A stretch of 64,000 nt of DNA from an uncultured Staphylococcaceae bacterium (GCA_964507405.1 CAZDPJ010000003.1:1729-65728), one strand, 5' to 3'. Counted from the first letter of the stretch, positions 23,570-33,812 are shown. The notes: generated by a model not told the origin, from the letters alone. Made by a program: numbers and translations.

Positions 23570-25618
23570 ATGTTTAAAATTGCAATTGACGGACCTGCTG
23601 GTGCAGGTAAATCTACTATTTCTAAATTACTTGCGGAAAAGCTGAAGTTTGAATACATTGATACAGGCGCAATGTATCGTGCGATAACTTTAAAGGCTAT
23701 TAATTTAGGAGTTGATCTTGAAAAAGAAGAAAGCTATTCTTTTTTAAATGATACATACTTAGATATTGAAAATGGTCGTGTTATTTTAGACCATCAGGAT
23801 GTAAGTAAAGAAATAAGATCAGTTGAAGTAACTAATCAAGTTTCTACTCCATCAAAAATTGGAGTTGTTAGAGAATTTTTAGTGAATTATCAAAGAAAAA
23901 TTAGTGAAGCTAAAAATGTGATTATGGATGGTAGAGATATTGGCACTGTGGTTTTACCAAATGCTAATTTAAAGGTATACCTTGATGCGACAGTTGAATG
24001 TCGTGCATATCGTAGAATGATTGAACGAAAAGAAAAAGGTGTTGAACTTTCTTTAAATGAAACTATTAATGAAATTAAAGTTAGAGATAATAAAGATTCA
24101 ACTAGAGCAATCAGTCCATTACGTATTGCCGATGATGCTGTTATAATCGATTCTTCAAACATGTCAATTGAAGAAGTAATTAATGAAATAATAAAATTAG
24201 TTATTGAAAGGGGCTTTAAAATTATGAGCAATGAAAAAATCTATGAAGGAAAAAAAGTAAGCGGACGCATTCTTAATGTTACTAAAGATGCAGTCTATTT
24301 AGAATTAAATGAAGGAGAAAAAGCTGTTATTTATCCTAATGACTTAGATGGCTATGTTGAAGGTCAAAAGTTAAGAGACTATTATAACGAAGGTCAAGAG
24401 TTTGAAGCCCAAGTTAAACAAATAGCAAAAGATCGCAAAACAGGCGAACCTCTATATATTTTATCAACAAAACTTGAAGCTGAAAAAGCTAAACTTGAAG
24501 TTTTTGAAGAATTAAAAGAAAAAGACGAAATAATTTCTGTTAAAGTTGTTAGAGTAACAAGAGCTGGTGCTGATGTTTCTTATCATGATTTAAAAGCATT
24601 TTTACCAATTAAAAATGTTGATTTAAATGAACAAGCATTAAGAGCATTACAAGGCCAAACTTTAGATGTAATTGTAACTTATGTAAATAAAGATAAAATG
24701 CAAGTACAAGTATCTAATACTCTTGCAATGAAAAAACAACACAGACTTGCTAAAGAAGCAGCACTTGCAGCACTTAATGTTGGTGATGTTGTTGAAGGTA
24801 CTGTTGTAGATGTTAAACCTTATGGAGCAATTCTAACTTTTAATGGTTTATCTGGATTACTACATGTTTCTGAAATGAGTCATAAAATGGTTAAAAATGC
24901 TGCTGATTTATATAAAGTTAATGATACTCAAAAGGTTAAAATCATTAAAATGGAAAATGATCGAATCAGTCTTTCTGTAAGAGCTTTAACTCCTCATCCT
25001 TGGGAAGTATTAAAAGAAAAATATCATGAAGGTGATGTATTTGAAGGTGTTGTATCTAAAGTTATTGAAGCAGGTTTAATTATTAAATTAACTGATGAAT
25101 ATTCAGGTTTAATGCCTCGCAGTGAATACTCATGGCTTGTTAATGAAAAATTAGATGGCAAATATAATGAAGGTGATACAATTAAAGTTCAAGTATTATC
25201 AATCGATGATAAGAAAAAACGTGTTAGCCTATCTCATCGTGCAACAGTTGAAAATAACTGGGCAACTATTAAAGTTAAAAAAGGTGATGTTATAAGTGTT
25301 ACAATCGCTACTATTGAAGAACGTGGTGCGAAAGTTAATTATTTAAACGTTACTGGATTTATGCCTATTAATGAAGTTACTTCTACTAAACGTGTTGGTA
25401 AAGTAGATGAAATGTATCCAATTGGTACTGTTGTTGAAGTTCAAGTATTAGATGTAGATCCTAGTCGTGCTAGATTATCAGTTAGTGCAAAAGCTTTAGA
25501 ACTAGCTAAAGAAAGAGCTGAGTTTGATAAGTATTATAAACAACAAGAAGAAGAAACACCTACATCAACTCTTGGTGATGTATTTAAAGATTTAGATTTA
25601 TTTAAGGAAGATAAATAA
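23570..25618 (+). CDS. Cytidylate kinase fused to five-S1-domain ribosomal protein S1-like protein
   Basis: N-terminal Cmk (IAIDGPAGAGKST, DTGAMYR, MDGRDIG, RDNKDSTR), in frame with five S1 repeats. An internal RBS and ATG sit at 24206-24226. Confidence 0.9.
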   Translation: MFKIAIDGPAGAGKSTISKLLAEKLKFEYIDTGAMYRAITLKAINLGVDLEKEESYSFLNDTYLDIENGRVILDHQDVSKEIRSVEVTNQVSTPSKIGVVREFLVNYQRKISEAKNVIMDGRDIGTVVLPNANLKVYLDATVECRAYRRMIERKEKGVELSLNETINEIKVRDNKDSTRAISPLRIADDAVIIDSSNMSIEEVINEIIKLVIERGFKIMSNEKIYEGKKVSGRILNVTKDAVYLELNEGEKAVIYPNDLDGYVEGQKLRDYYNEGQEFEAQVKQIAKDRKTGEPLYILSTKLEAEKAKLEVFEELKEKDEIISVKVVRVTRAGADVSYHDLKAFLPIKNVDLNEQALRALQGQTLDVIVTYVNKDKMQVQVSNTLAMKKQHRLAKEAALAALNVGDVVEGTVVDVKPYGAILTFNGLSGLLHVSEMSHKMVKNAADLYKVNDTQKVKIIKMENDRISLSVRALTPHPWEVLKEKYHEGDVFEGVVSKVIEAGLIIKLTDEYSGLMPRSEYSWLVNEKLDGKYNEGDTIKVQVLSIDDKKKRVSLSHRATVENNWATIKVKKGDVISVTIATIEERGAKVNYLNVTGFMPINEVTSTKRVGKVDEMYPIGTVVEVQVLDVDPSRARLSVSAKALELAKERAEFDKYYKQQEEETPTSTLGDVFKDLDLFKEDK

Positions 25619-26928
25619 TGAAAAGAGGAACGGTTGCCATAGTAGGTCGTCCTAATGTTGGTAAATCGAGTGTATTCAATCGTCTTGCCGGCCAAAAACT
25701 AGCAATTACTGATGATGTAAGTGGGATTACACGAGATCGTCTTTATTCTAAATGTGAATGGTTAGATCAAGAATTTGACTTAATTGATACTGGTGGAATA
25801 GAACTTTCGAATGTTCCATTTATGGAAGAAATTAGAGCTCAAGCCTCTCTTGCCATTGATGAATCTGATTTAATTATTTTTGTTGTTGATGGTAGAGTTG
25901 GTATTACTAAAGAAGATGAGGATGTGATGAACATCCTTCATCGTTCATCTAAACCTGTTGTTGTTGCTGCGAATAAAATAGATGATCTTAAATTCATGGA
26001 TAATGTGTATGAATTTTATAACTTAGGAGTTAGTGAGGTATTTGCTATAAGTGCTCTTCATGGAATTGGCTTTGGTGATATGTTAGATTATATAGTTTCT
26101 ATTTTGCCGGAAAAGAAATTAAAACGATATGATAATACTGTTGAGTTTTGTCTTATTGGTCAACCTAATGTTGGTAAAAGTTCTTTAACTAATGCAATTT
26201 TAGGAACTGAAAGAGTCATTGTAAGTAACATTCCTGGAACAACTCGTGATGCCATTGATACCCCATTTGTTAGAGATGGTCAAAATTATGTTGTTATTGA
26301 TACAGCTGGTATTAGAAAACAAGGCAAAATTTATGAGAATGCTGAAAAATATAGCGTCTTAAGAGCGATGAAAGCGATTGAAAGATCTAGCATTGTTTTA
26401 GTTGTATTAGATGGAACTAAGTCTGTTGAAGAACAAGATAAACGGATTGCTGGATTACCTGTAGAACAAAATAAAGCTGTGATTATTGTTGTAAATAAAT
26501 GGGATGCAGTTGTTAAAGATGAAAAATCAATGAAAGAATATGAGGAAAAAATCCGTTCTCAATTTGTTTTTCTAAATTATGCCCCTATAGCCTTTGTTTC
26601 TGCTCTTAAAAATGAAAGAGTGCATTTACTCTTTGACCAGATAAAACAAGTATATGAAAACTATGGTAGACGAGTTTCAACTAATATATTAAACGATGTA
26701 ATATTAGATGCTACTATTGCTAATCAAGCACCAATCTTTAATGGTGATAGATTAAGAATTATGTATGCTACGCAAGCTAGTTCATTCCCACCATCATTTG
26801 TCTTATTTGTTAATGATCCTAATTATCTTCATTTTTCTTATAAAAGATATTTAGAAAATAAGATTAGAGAAGCCTTTATTTTAGATGGTACTCCTATTCA
26901 ATTTATCTTAAGAAAGAGAGAAGAATAA
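25618..26928 (+). CDS. der: Ribosome biogenesis GTPase Der
   Basis: Two G domains: GRPNVGKSS/DTGG/NKID and GQPNVGKSS/DTAG/NKWD. Confidence 0.97.
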   Translation: MKRGTVAIVGRPNVGKSSVFNRLAGQKLAITDDVSGITRDRLYSKCEWLDQEFDLIDTGGIELSNVPFMEEIRAQASLAIDESDLIIFVVDGRVGITKEDEDVMNILHRSSKPVVVAANKIDDLKFMDNVYEFYNLGVSEVFAISALHGIGFGDMLDYIVSILPEKKLKRYDNTVEFCLIGQPNVGKSSLTNAILGTERVIVSNIPGTTRDAIDTPFVRDGQNYVVIDTAGIRKQGKIYENAEKYSVLRAMKAIERSSIVLVVLDGTKSVEEQDKRIAGLPVEQNKAVIIVVNKWDAVVKDEKSMKEYEEKIRSQFVFLNYAPIAFVSALKNERVHLLFDQIKQVYENYGRRVSTNILNDVILDATIANQAPIFNGDRLRIMYATQASSFPPSFVLFVNDPNYLHFSYKRYLENKIREAFILDGTPIQFILRKREE

Positions 26929-27926
26929 TGAAAAAACTTACAATAATTGGAGCCGGAAGTTGGGGTTTAGCTCTTGCTAATATATTATGTGAAAATAAAC
27001 ATCAAGTATTAATGTATGATTACTCGGTCGATACTGTAAATGAAATTAATAATTTTCATACAAGTAAAAAAATCCCTGGCGTTTTAATTGATAGTTCAAT
27101 AAAAGCAACTACTAATATTAATGAAGCAATTTCTTTTTCTGAATATATTGTTTTATCAGTTCCAACTAAAGTAATGAGAAGTGTACTTACTTCAATTTCT
27201 GAAGTAATTGATTCTCCAAAACTATTTATTAATACTAGCAAAGGACTTGAACCAGATACATTTAAAAGAATATCAGAAATTGTAAGTGAAATTATTCCAT
27301 CAAATTTTTTACGAGGATTTGTTGCTTTAACTGGACCAAGTCATGCTGAGGAAGTTATTGTTAAAATGCCTACGACGATTTGTTCTGTTAGTGATGATAA
27401 ATCTTTAGCGAATGAAGTTCAACATATATTTAGTAATCATACTAATTTTAGAGTATATACTGGTAATGATTTGAAAGGTTCTGAACTTTGTGCCGCAATT
27501 AAGAATGTTTATGCCATTGCCTCAGGTATGTTAGAGGGGCTTGGATTTGGTGATAATGCAAGAGCAGGACTTATCTCGAGAGCACTGGTTGAAATGCGAA
27601 GAATCGTTATCAAACTTGGTGCGAAAGAAGAAACTGTATTTGGCTTAACTGGAGTTGGTGATTTGATTGTCACTACTACTTCCCATCACTCAAGAAATTT
27701 CCAAGCCGGTGTTAAACTAGCAAGTGGTAAAAGTTTAGAAGAAACAATTTCATCTATGGATATGGTTGTAGAAGGTGCTCGAACTGCACTTGCTGTAAGC
27801 GAACTTGTCGATGAATTACACATTGAAGCCCCAATAATAAAAGCGGTCTATAGTGTTATATATTTAAAAAAACCAGTTAGTGATGCTGTTGCGGAACTAA
27901 TGATGCGTTCATATAAAGAAGAATAG
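26928..27926 (+). CDS. gpsA: NAD(P)H-dependent glycerol-3-phosphate dehydrogenase
   Basis: GAGSWG, TSKGLE, GPSHAEEV, KNVYAIASG, GDLIVT and SRN motifs. Confidence 0.96.
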   Translation: MKKLTIIGAGSWGLALANILCENKHQVLMYDYSVDTVNEINNFHTSKKIPGVLIDSSIKATTNINEAISFSEYIVLSVPTKVMRSVLTSISEVIDSPKLFINTSKGLEPDTFKRISEIVSEIIPSNFLRGFVALTGPSHAEEVIVKMPTTICSVSDDKSLANEVQHIFSNHTNFRVYTGNDLKGSELCAAIKNVYAIASGMLEGLGFGDNARAGLISRALVEMRRIVIKLGAKEETVFGLTGVGDLIVTTTSHHSRNFQAGVKLASGKSLEETISSMDMVVEGARTALAVSELVDELHIEAPIIKAVYSVIYLKKPVSDAVAELMMRSYKEE

Positions 27927-27992
27927 CAGGATTTTTTCCTGCTTTTTGTCAATATTTATAAACTTTTGCATATAATTAATTGAGGTGAAATA

Positions 27993-28232
27993 ATGAACAT
28001 TAATAAAGTAATGGGTTTTATTTCGGAAAATAACATAAAACCCGAAGAATTATTTGAACTTGTTGAAAAGGTAAGAACAATGGATTTATCAGATGAAGCA
28101 AGTATTAGAAAAGTAATTAAAGATGTATCAAAACTTGCTAATAAACCAGTAGATAAAGCACAAGAAAATAAAATTGTAAGGGAAATATTACAAAATGGAA
28201 TAAGTGATAATTTATTTAATTATTTAAATTAA
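27993..28232 (+). CDS. spoVIF: Stage VI sporulation protein F-like
   Basis: 79 aa; 'LSDEASIRKVIKDVSKLANKPVDKAQENKIVREI' follows the SpoVIF pattern; preceded by CATATAAT (27969-27976), a mother-cell-type -10. Confidence 0.7.
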   Translation: MNINKVMGFISENNIKPEELFELVEKVRTMDLSDEASIRKVIKDVSKLANKPVDKAQENKIVREILQNGISDNLFNYLN

Positions 28233-28322
28233 AAGACTTTTAAAAGTCTTTTTCTTTATTGTTGAAAATAATCAGAAAATGTGGTATACTATATAAAAAT
28301 AAATAGAAAAGAGTATGATATT

Positions 28323-30029
28323 ATGAAAGCATCAAAAATGTTAATAGCAACACTTAAAGAAGCTCCAAATGAAGCACAAATATCTAGTCATATTTTATTA
28401 ATTAGAGCTGGTATGATTAGAAAGCTTGTTGCTGGTGTATATAATTATTTACCAATTGGACTTAGAACATTAAATAAAATTGAAAATATTATTCGTGAAG
28501 AGATGGATGAAGCAGGTTCCCTAGAAATTCTTTCTTCAGCAATTCAACCGAAAGAACTATGGGTGGAATCTGGAAGATGGCAAAAATATGGTCCTGAATT
28601 AATTCGTTTTGTTGACCGCCATGAACGTGAATTTTGTCTTGGTCCTACTCATGAAGAAATCTTTACAGATTTAGTTAGAAATGAAATTAAGTCTCGTAAA
28701 AATCTGCCAATTAATATTTATCAAATTCAAACAAAATATCGTGATGAATTAAGACCTCGTTTCGGTTTAATGCGTGGGCGTGAATTTATTATGAAAGATG
28801 CTTATTCATTTGATCTTAATGAAGAAGGATTAGATGTTTCTTATAATAATATGTATAAAACATATGAACGTATTTTTAATAGATTAGGTTTAACATATAA
28901 AGTTGTTCTTGCTGATACAGGCGCAATAGGTGGAAATGGTTCACATCAATTTATGGCTTTAAGTGATATTGGTGAAAGTGATATTGTTTATTGTGATTGT
29001 GGCTATGCTGCTGACGAAGAAAAAGCAACTTCAAAGGTTGATGAATATAAAGTTGATGAAGAAATGAAAGAATTGACAAAAGTTCATACCCCACTTAAAA
29101 AGACAATTGAAGAAGTTAGTTCATTCTTAAATGTTACTTCTAAAGATGTTGTAAAGTCAATTGTTTATAAAGATCTTGCTCATGATAGTTTAGTAATGGC
29201 TCTTGTTCGTGGAGATAGAGAAGTAAATGATATTAAATTGATAAATGCTTTAAACATTGCTGAACATGAATTAGTGCTTGCAAATTATGACGATATAAAA
29301 AATATGGGGTCAGTTGAAGGCTTTGTTGGTCCAGTTGGAACAAGTATTAAAGTATTAATTGATAATGAAGTCGCAATTATGAAAAATATCATTGTTGGTT
29401 CTAATACTTGTGATTATCATTTAATTAATGTTAATTATAAAAGAGACTTTGATGGAGAAGTTGTTGAACTTAGAAAAGTTTCAGTATCAGATAAATGTCC
29501 TGTTTGTGGTAACCCTTTAAAAATGGAAAAAGGCATTGAAATTGGTCAAATATTTAAACTTGGAACAAAATATTCTAGTCCAATGAATTGTACTTATCAA
29601 AATGAATCAGGACAAAACGTACCTATGGTTATGGGATGCTATGGCATTGGCGTGACAAGAACAATGTCAAGTATCATTGAACAAAATCATGATCAATTTG
29701 GTATTTGTTGGCCACTTAATGTTGCACCATATCATGTGGTAATTGTTCCTATTAATTATAATGATGAAACAATGAAAAAAGTTTCTGACGAATTATATTC
29801 ATCATTTAAAAATAATAAAGTAGAAGTTATTTTAGATGATCGTGATGAAAGACCTGGATTTAAATTCAAAGATTGGGAGTTAATTGGTATTCCTTATATT
29901 ATTACTGTTGGTAAAAAAGCTGGTGAAAATATTGTTGAATTTAAAGAAAGAAAAACAATGATTAAAGAAGAAAAAGATATAAATGAAGTTCTAAGTATCG
30001 TTAGTGATGCTGTTAGGAACATAAAGTAA
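28323..30029 (+). CDS. proS: Proline--tRNA ligase (prokaryotic type with editing domain)
   Basis: LGPTHEE, YQIQTKYRDELRPRFGLMRGREF, GIEIGQIFKLG and MGCYGIG. Start ATG 28323 preferred. Confidence 0.97.
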   Translation: MKASKMLIATLKEAPNEAQISSHILLIRAGMIRKLVAGVYNYLPIGLRTLNKIENIIREEMDEAGSLEILSSAIQPKELWVESGRWQKYGPELIRFVDRHEREFCLGPTHEEIFTDLVRNEIKSRKNLPINIYQIQTKYRDELRPRFGLMRGREFIMKDAYSFDLNEEGLDVSYNNMYKTYERIFNRLGLTYKVVLADTGAIGGNGSHQFMALSDIGESDIVYCDCGYAADEEKATSKVDEYKVDEEMKELTKVHTPLKKTIEEVSSFLNVTSKDVVKSIVYKDLAHDSLVMALVRGDREVNDIKLINALNIAEHELVLANYDDIKNMGSVEGFVGPVGTSIKVLIDNEVAIMKNIIVGSNTCDYHLINVNYKRDFDGEVVELRKVSVSDKCPVCGNPLKMEKGIEIGQIFKLGTKYSSPMNCTYQNESGQNVPMVMGCYGIGVTRTMSSIIEQNHDQFGICWPLNVAPYHVVIVPINYNDETMKKVSDELYSSFKNNKVEVILDDRDERPGFKFKDWELIGIPYIITVGKKAGENIVEFKERKTMIKEEKDINEVLSIVSDAVRNIK

Positions 30030-30046
30030 AAAGGAGTGAAGAATAA

Positions 30047-31105
30047 ATGGATCCGCTGGTCCCTCTGCAAAATTTAATATTAACTAATACAACAAAGATT
30101 TATAGTTTTAGCATTTTAATCGTAGTATTACTTATTTTATCTGCTTTCTTTAGTGCTAGTGAAACTGCTCTTACTTGTTGTAATCGCGTAAGAATGAAAG
30201 TAAAAGCTGAAAATGGAAGTAAATCAGCAAAACTTGTAATGAAACTTCTGAGTATGTACGATAAATCATTAATTACTTTATTGATTGGCAATAATATTGT
30301 AAATGTCTCATCATCAGCTGTTGCTACTGTTATCTTTTTAATTGTTTTTAATAATAATAAAAATTTGGCATCGACTATATCAACAGTTGTAATGACTTTA
30401 TTAGTTTTATTTTTTGGTGAAGTAATTCCTAAAAATATGGCAAAAGAAAAAGCTGATAAATTTGCATTATTTTGTTGTTACCCTTTATTTTTCTTTCATG
30501 TAATATTTTTCCCTGTCATGCTAATATTTCATGGTTTATTATTACTTGTTAAAAAAATATTTAAATTTGATGATACTAAAAATACAATGACTGAAGATGA
30601 ATTTCAAGGAATTGTTGAAACCGTTGAAGAAGAAGGCGGTATTGACGAAGAAGAAAGTGATATAATTCAGGCTGCTGTTGATTTTGGTGATATTACTGTT
30701 AAATCAGTATTAACTCCAATTGATTATGTCGTAGCAATTGATGTAAAAAAAATGTCTAAACGTGAATTAATTGAATATATTAAAAATGTTGAATATTCTC
30801 GTATTCCAGTTTATGATGGTTCGTTAGATAACATTGTTGGTATTTTACATGTTAGAAAATGTTTAAAAAATATTATGAATACTAAAAGCTTTTCGATTAA
30901 ATCAGCTATTTCAGAACCTTTCTTTGTTCTAGATAATTGTAAACTTGATGATATGATTGATATTTTTAAATTACAAAAGAAACATTTAGCGATTGTTAAA
31001 GATGCAAATGAAAAGAATATTGGTATTGTATCAATGGAAGATGTTATCGAAGAGTTAGTTGGCGAACTTGAAGATGATGCTACTCCTCAAGGAGGTGCAA
31101 AATAA
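30047..31105 (+). CDS. Hemolysin/CNNM family CBS-domain membrane protein (paralog 1, no CorC domain evident)
   Basis: SAFFSASETA, TLLIGNN, FGEVIPK, YSRIPVY and MEDVIEELVGE; ends shortly after the CBS pair. Confidence 0.9.
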   Translation: MDPLVPLQNLILTNTTKIYSFSILIVVLLILSAFFSASETALTCCNRVRMKVKAENGSKSAKLVMKLLSMYDKSLITLLIGNNIVNVSSSAVATVIFLIVFNNNKNLASTISTVVMTLLVLFFGEVIPKNMAKEKADKFALFCCYPLFFFHVIFFPVMLIFHGLLLLVKKIFKFDDTKNTMTEDEFQGIVETVEEEGGIDEEESDIIQAAVDFGDITVKSVLTPIDYVVAIDVKKMSKRELIEYIKNVEYSRIPVYDGSLDNIVGILHVRKCLKNIMNTKSFSIKSAISEPFFVLDNCKLDDMIDIFKLQKKHLAIVKDANEKNIGIVSMEDVIEELVGELEDDATPQGGAK

Positions 31106-32364
31106 TGGAATTATATGAAATTTTTATGTTAATTGCGATTGGCGTTTTAATCATCTTTTCCGCATTTTTCTCTTCTTGTGAAATAGCTTATAATTCGGTT
31201 AGTAGAATTCGCTTAAAGAAAGATGCTGAAAATGGGAATAAACGCGCTTTATCGGCTATTAATATACTTGATAATTATTCAACTTTACTATCTACTGTTC
31301 TTGTTGGTAATAACTTAGTTAATATTTTAATATCTTCACTTGGAACTTTGATTGCTGTTGAACATTTTGTTGAAGACTTAGGTCCTGTCTTATCAACAGT
31401 TGTACTTACGGCTGTATTACTTATTTTTGGTGAGATTCTTCCCAAAACAGTTGGTAATACTTTCTCTCATTCATTATCTTTATTATATACAAAAATATAT
31501 AATTTCTTTAAAGTATTATTTTATCCATTAAGTTTTATTATTAATAAGATTGTCGGAACCGTTCTTAAAAATTATAAAACGGAAGATATATCTCCAACCG
31601 CAACTGATGAAGAATTAATCACAATTACGGAAGAACTTGAAGAAGAAGGAGTAATAGATGAGGATGATGCTTTATTAATTAAATCGGCAATTGATTTTTG
31701 TGATGTAACAGCTCATGAAATTATGATTCCGCGTGTTGATGTTTTCGCAATCGATATTGATGATTCAACTGAAGAAATATTAAATGATGAATTAATTTTT
31801 AAATATTCAAGAGTACCAGTTTATGAAGATACAATTGATAACATAATTGGCGTTTTAAACACAACTGATTTGATGAAAAAGGTATTAGCTCATGATGAAA
31901 TTAATATTAGAGAAATGCTAACACAACCTTATTATGTTCATAAAACTAAATCTATTTCGAATATTTTAACTGAACTTAAACATAATCATATGCATCTTGC
32001 TGTAATAATTGATGAATTTGGTGGTGTGATGGGAATTTTAACAATCGAAGATATTATTGAAGAATTAATTGGTGATGTATTTGATGAAATGGATGAAGTT
32101 GTACTAGATTATCAACAAATTAATGACCATACCTATACTGTTGATGGTGATATGAATATTTATGATTTCTTTGAACTTATTGACTATGATGATAAAGACT
32201 TCGAAGCAGACTATACAACAGTTGGTGGTTGGTGTACTGATATATTAGAGAAATTTCCTGAAGTTGGTGAGTCATTTAATTTTGATAATGTTTTAGTTAC
32301 AATTCTAAGTGTTGATAAGATGCGTGTTGAATCTGTAAAAGTGGAAATAATAAAAGAAGAATAA
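31105..32364 (+). CDS. Hemolysin/CNNM family CBS-domain membrane protein (paralog 2, with CorC_HlyC domain)
   Basis: SAFFSSCEIA, LVGNN, FGEILPK, YSRVPVY, DEFGG...TIEDIIEELIG and C-terminal YTTVGGW. Confidence 0.92.
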   Translation: MELYEIFMLIAIGVLIIFSAFFSSCEIAYNSVSRIRLKKDAENGNKRALSAINILDNYSTLLSTVLVGNNLVNILISSLGTLIAVEHFVEDLGPVLSTVVLTAVLLIFGEILPKTVGNTFSHSLSLLYTKIYNFFKVLFYPLSFIINKIVGTVLKNYKTEDISPTATDEELITITEELEEEGVIDEDDALLIKSAIDFCDVTAHEIMIPRVDVFAIDIDDSTEEILNDELIFKYSRVPVYEDTIDNIIGVLNTTDLMKKVLAHDEINIREMLTQPYYVHKTKSISNILTELKHNHMHLAVIIDEFGGVMGILTIEDIIEELIGDVFDEMDEVVLDYQQINDHTYTVDGDMNIYDFFELIDYDDKDFEADYTTVGGWCTDILEKFPEVGESFNFDNVLVTILSVDKMRVESVKVEIIKEE

Positions 32365-32411
32365 AAAAAGGTAATAGATAACTGTTTATACAGCGTTCTA
32401 TTACCTTTTTT
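32364..32411. terminator. Bidirectional intrinsic terminator with 20-nt loop
   Basis: AAAAAAGGTAATAG-loop-CTATTACCTTTTTT between convergent genes. Confidence 0.85.
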
Positions 32412-32943
32412 AATTATTATTTTCTTTTTTAAATAATGTAAAATCATTACAATTAATAACTCTTATTCCATAAACATTTGTTTTATAATCAACACTAATT
32501 ATTTCACATTCATTAATATACATAACGGTTTCCTTTGTTTCGGGAACAAAAACAATAACTTTAGTACTTTCTTTTTCATCATACTTCATAAATGAAGATA
32601 TACTTGATAAATATTTTTGATGAGGTTGTGCTTTACCAGGAGTAGGGCCTGCTCCATATTTTACTTCCCATGTAGTTTTGCTATTAATTTGAACTAAAGC
32701 ATAGCTAGGTATAGAAATAGTTTTAATTATGTATTTATGGTTATTTATTATTAAATCATAATCATAGATTGATGATGAACTTTTTTCAAAATGAAAATTA
32801 CCATATTCTTTTTCAAGAAATTCTTTTAACAAATGTTCAAATGAATTTCTTTGTTTTATTGGTCCAAAAATACTTATAAAAAATATTATTATAAATATAA
32901 TAGCGATTATTATTAAAAAATAAATCATATGTTTATCCTCCAT
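32410..32943 (-). CDS. Hypothetical membrane-anchored protein
   Basis: 177 aa with an N-terminal TM helix and a soluble domain; RBS GGAGG upstream. Confidence 0.7.
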   Translation of the reverse strand: MEDKHMIYFLIIIAIIFIIIFFISIFGPIKQRNSFEHLLKEFLEKEYGNFHFEKSSSSIYDYDLIINNHKYIIKTISIPSYALVQINSKTTWEVKYGAGPTPGKAQPHQKYLSSISSFMKYDEKESTKVIVFVPETKETVMYINECEIISVDYKTNVYGIRVINCNDFTLFKKENNN

Positions 32944-33032
32944 TAATTATTTTAACTTAAGTTTATCTTTTTTGCAAGACATTTGTCCTTTTAATCATTT
33001 TTAATTTTCATAATATAATAGGGGTGATAAAA

Positions 33033-33389
33033 ATGATTTTAATTATTGGTTCAATGGATAAAAGGCTACAACAATTTATTAAAAATAATAATTTTTCGGA
33101 AAAATTTCAAGTTATCAACAAAATGTGCAATATTAAAACAATAACTCAAAATGTAAAAGTAATTGTTCCTTTTCAAATTGTATTAAAAAATGGTATAGTA
33201 TCAAATACAGCAGTACATTTAGAAGAATTAATTATTTCATTAAATGTAGATAAAATAATTTATACTAATATATATAATAAGGAAGTAATGGACTATTTTA
33301 CTAGAGTATATAATGTAAAAACTGAATATTTAGATTTAAATAAATTTAATAAGTTAAATTTATTTCCCTTGCAAAAAAATGATAAATAA
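33033..33389 (+). CDS. Hypothetical protein
   Basis: RBS GGGGTGA before ATG 33033; open frame of 118 codons. Confidence 0.6.
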   Translation: MILIIGSMDKRLQQFIKNNNFSEKFQVINKMCNIKTITQNVKVIVPFQIVLKNGIVSNTAVHLEELIISLNVDKIIYTNIYNKEVMDYFTRVYNVKTEYLDLNKFNKLNLFPLQKNDK

Positions 33390-33437
33390 TGTATAATATA
33401 TAATTGAGAATTGATGATATCTCAGAAAGGATAACAT

Positions 33438-33812
33438 ATGAATAATTTATTATCTATTTTAACTAATATTGAATTTGGTATGAATGAGGCTTTAGGAATT
33501 ATAATCCTAGTAATTGCAATTGGTTTAGTTATATCAGAAATTCGCTCTAAAAAAGCAGGGGATTTATTAACTAATATTATTATAAGTTTATTATTATTTG
33601 GGGTTAGTATTTATAATTTAGTAAGTATTGGTTTTAAAGCAAGTTCAATAATTATTACTATTTGTTATGTTATTGTAATTATTCTTGCCATTATATACAC
33701 GGTTCTTTTAATCCTTCATTCTTTAAAATATAAAAAAGAAAGTAGTGAACTAGAAGAAGATAAAGAAACAAATGAAGAAATAATCGAAGACGATACTAAT
33801 CAAGAAAAATAA
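33438..33812 (+). CDS. Hypothetical membrane protein with acidic tail
   Basis: Three hydrophobic segments and an E/D-rich C-terminus; RBS AAAGGA. Confidence 0.7.
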   Translation: MNNLLSILTNIEFGMNEALGIIILVIAIGLVISEIRSKKAGDLLTNIIISLLLFGVSIYNLVSIGFKASSIIITICYVIVIILAIIYTVLLILHSLKYKKESSELEEDKETNEEIIEDDTNQEK

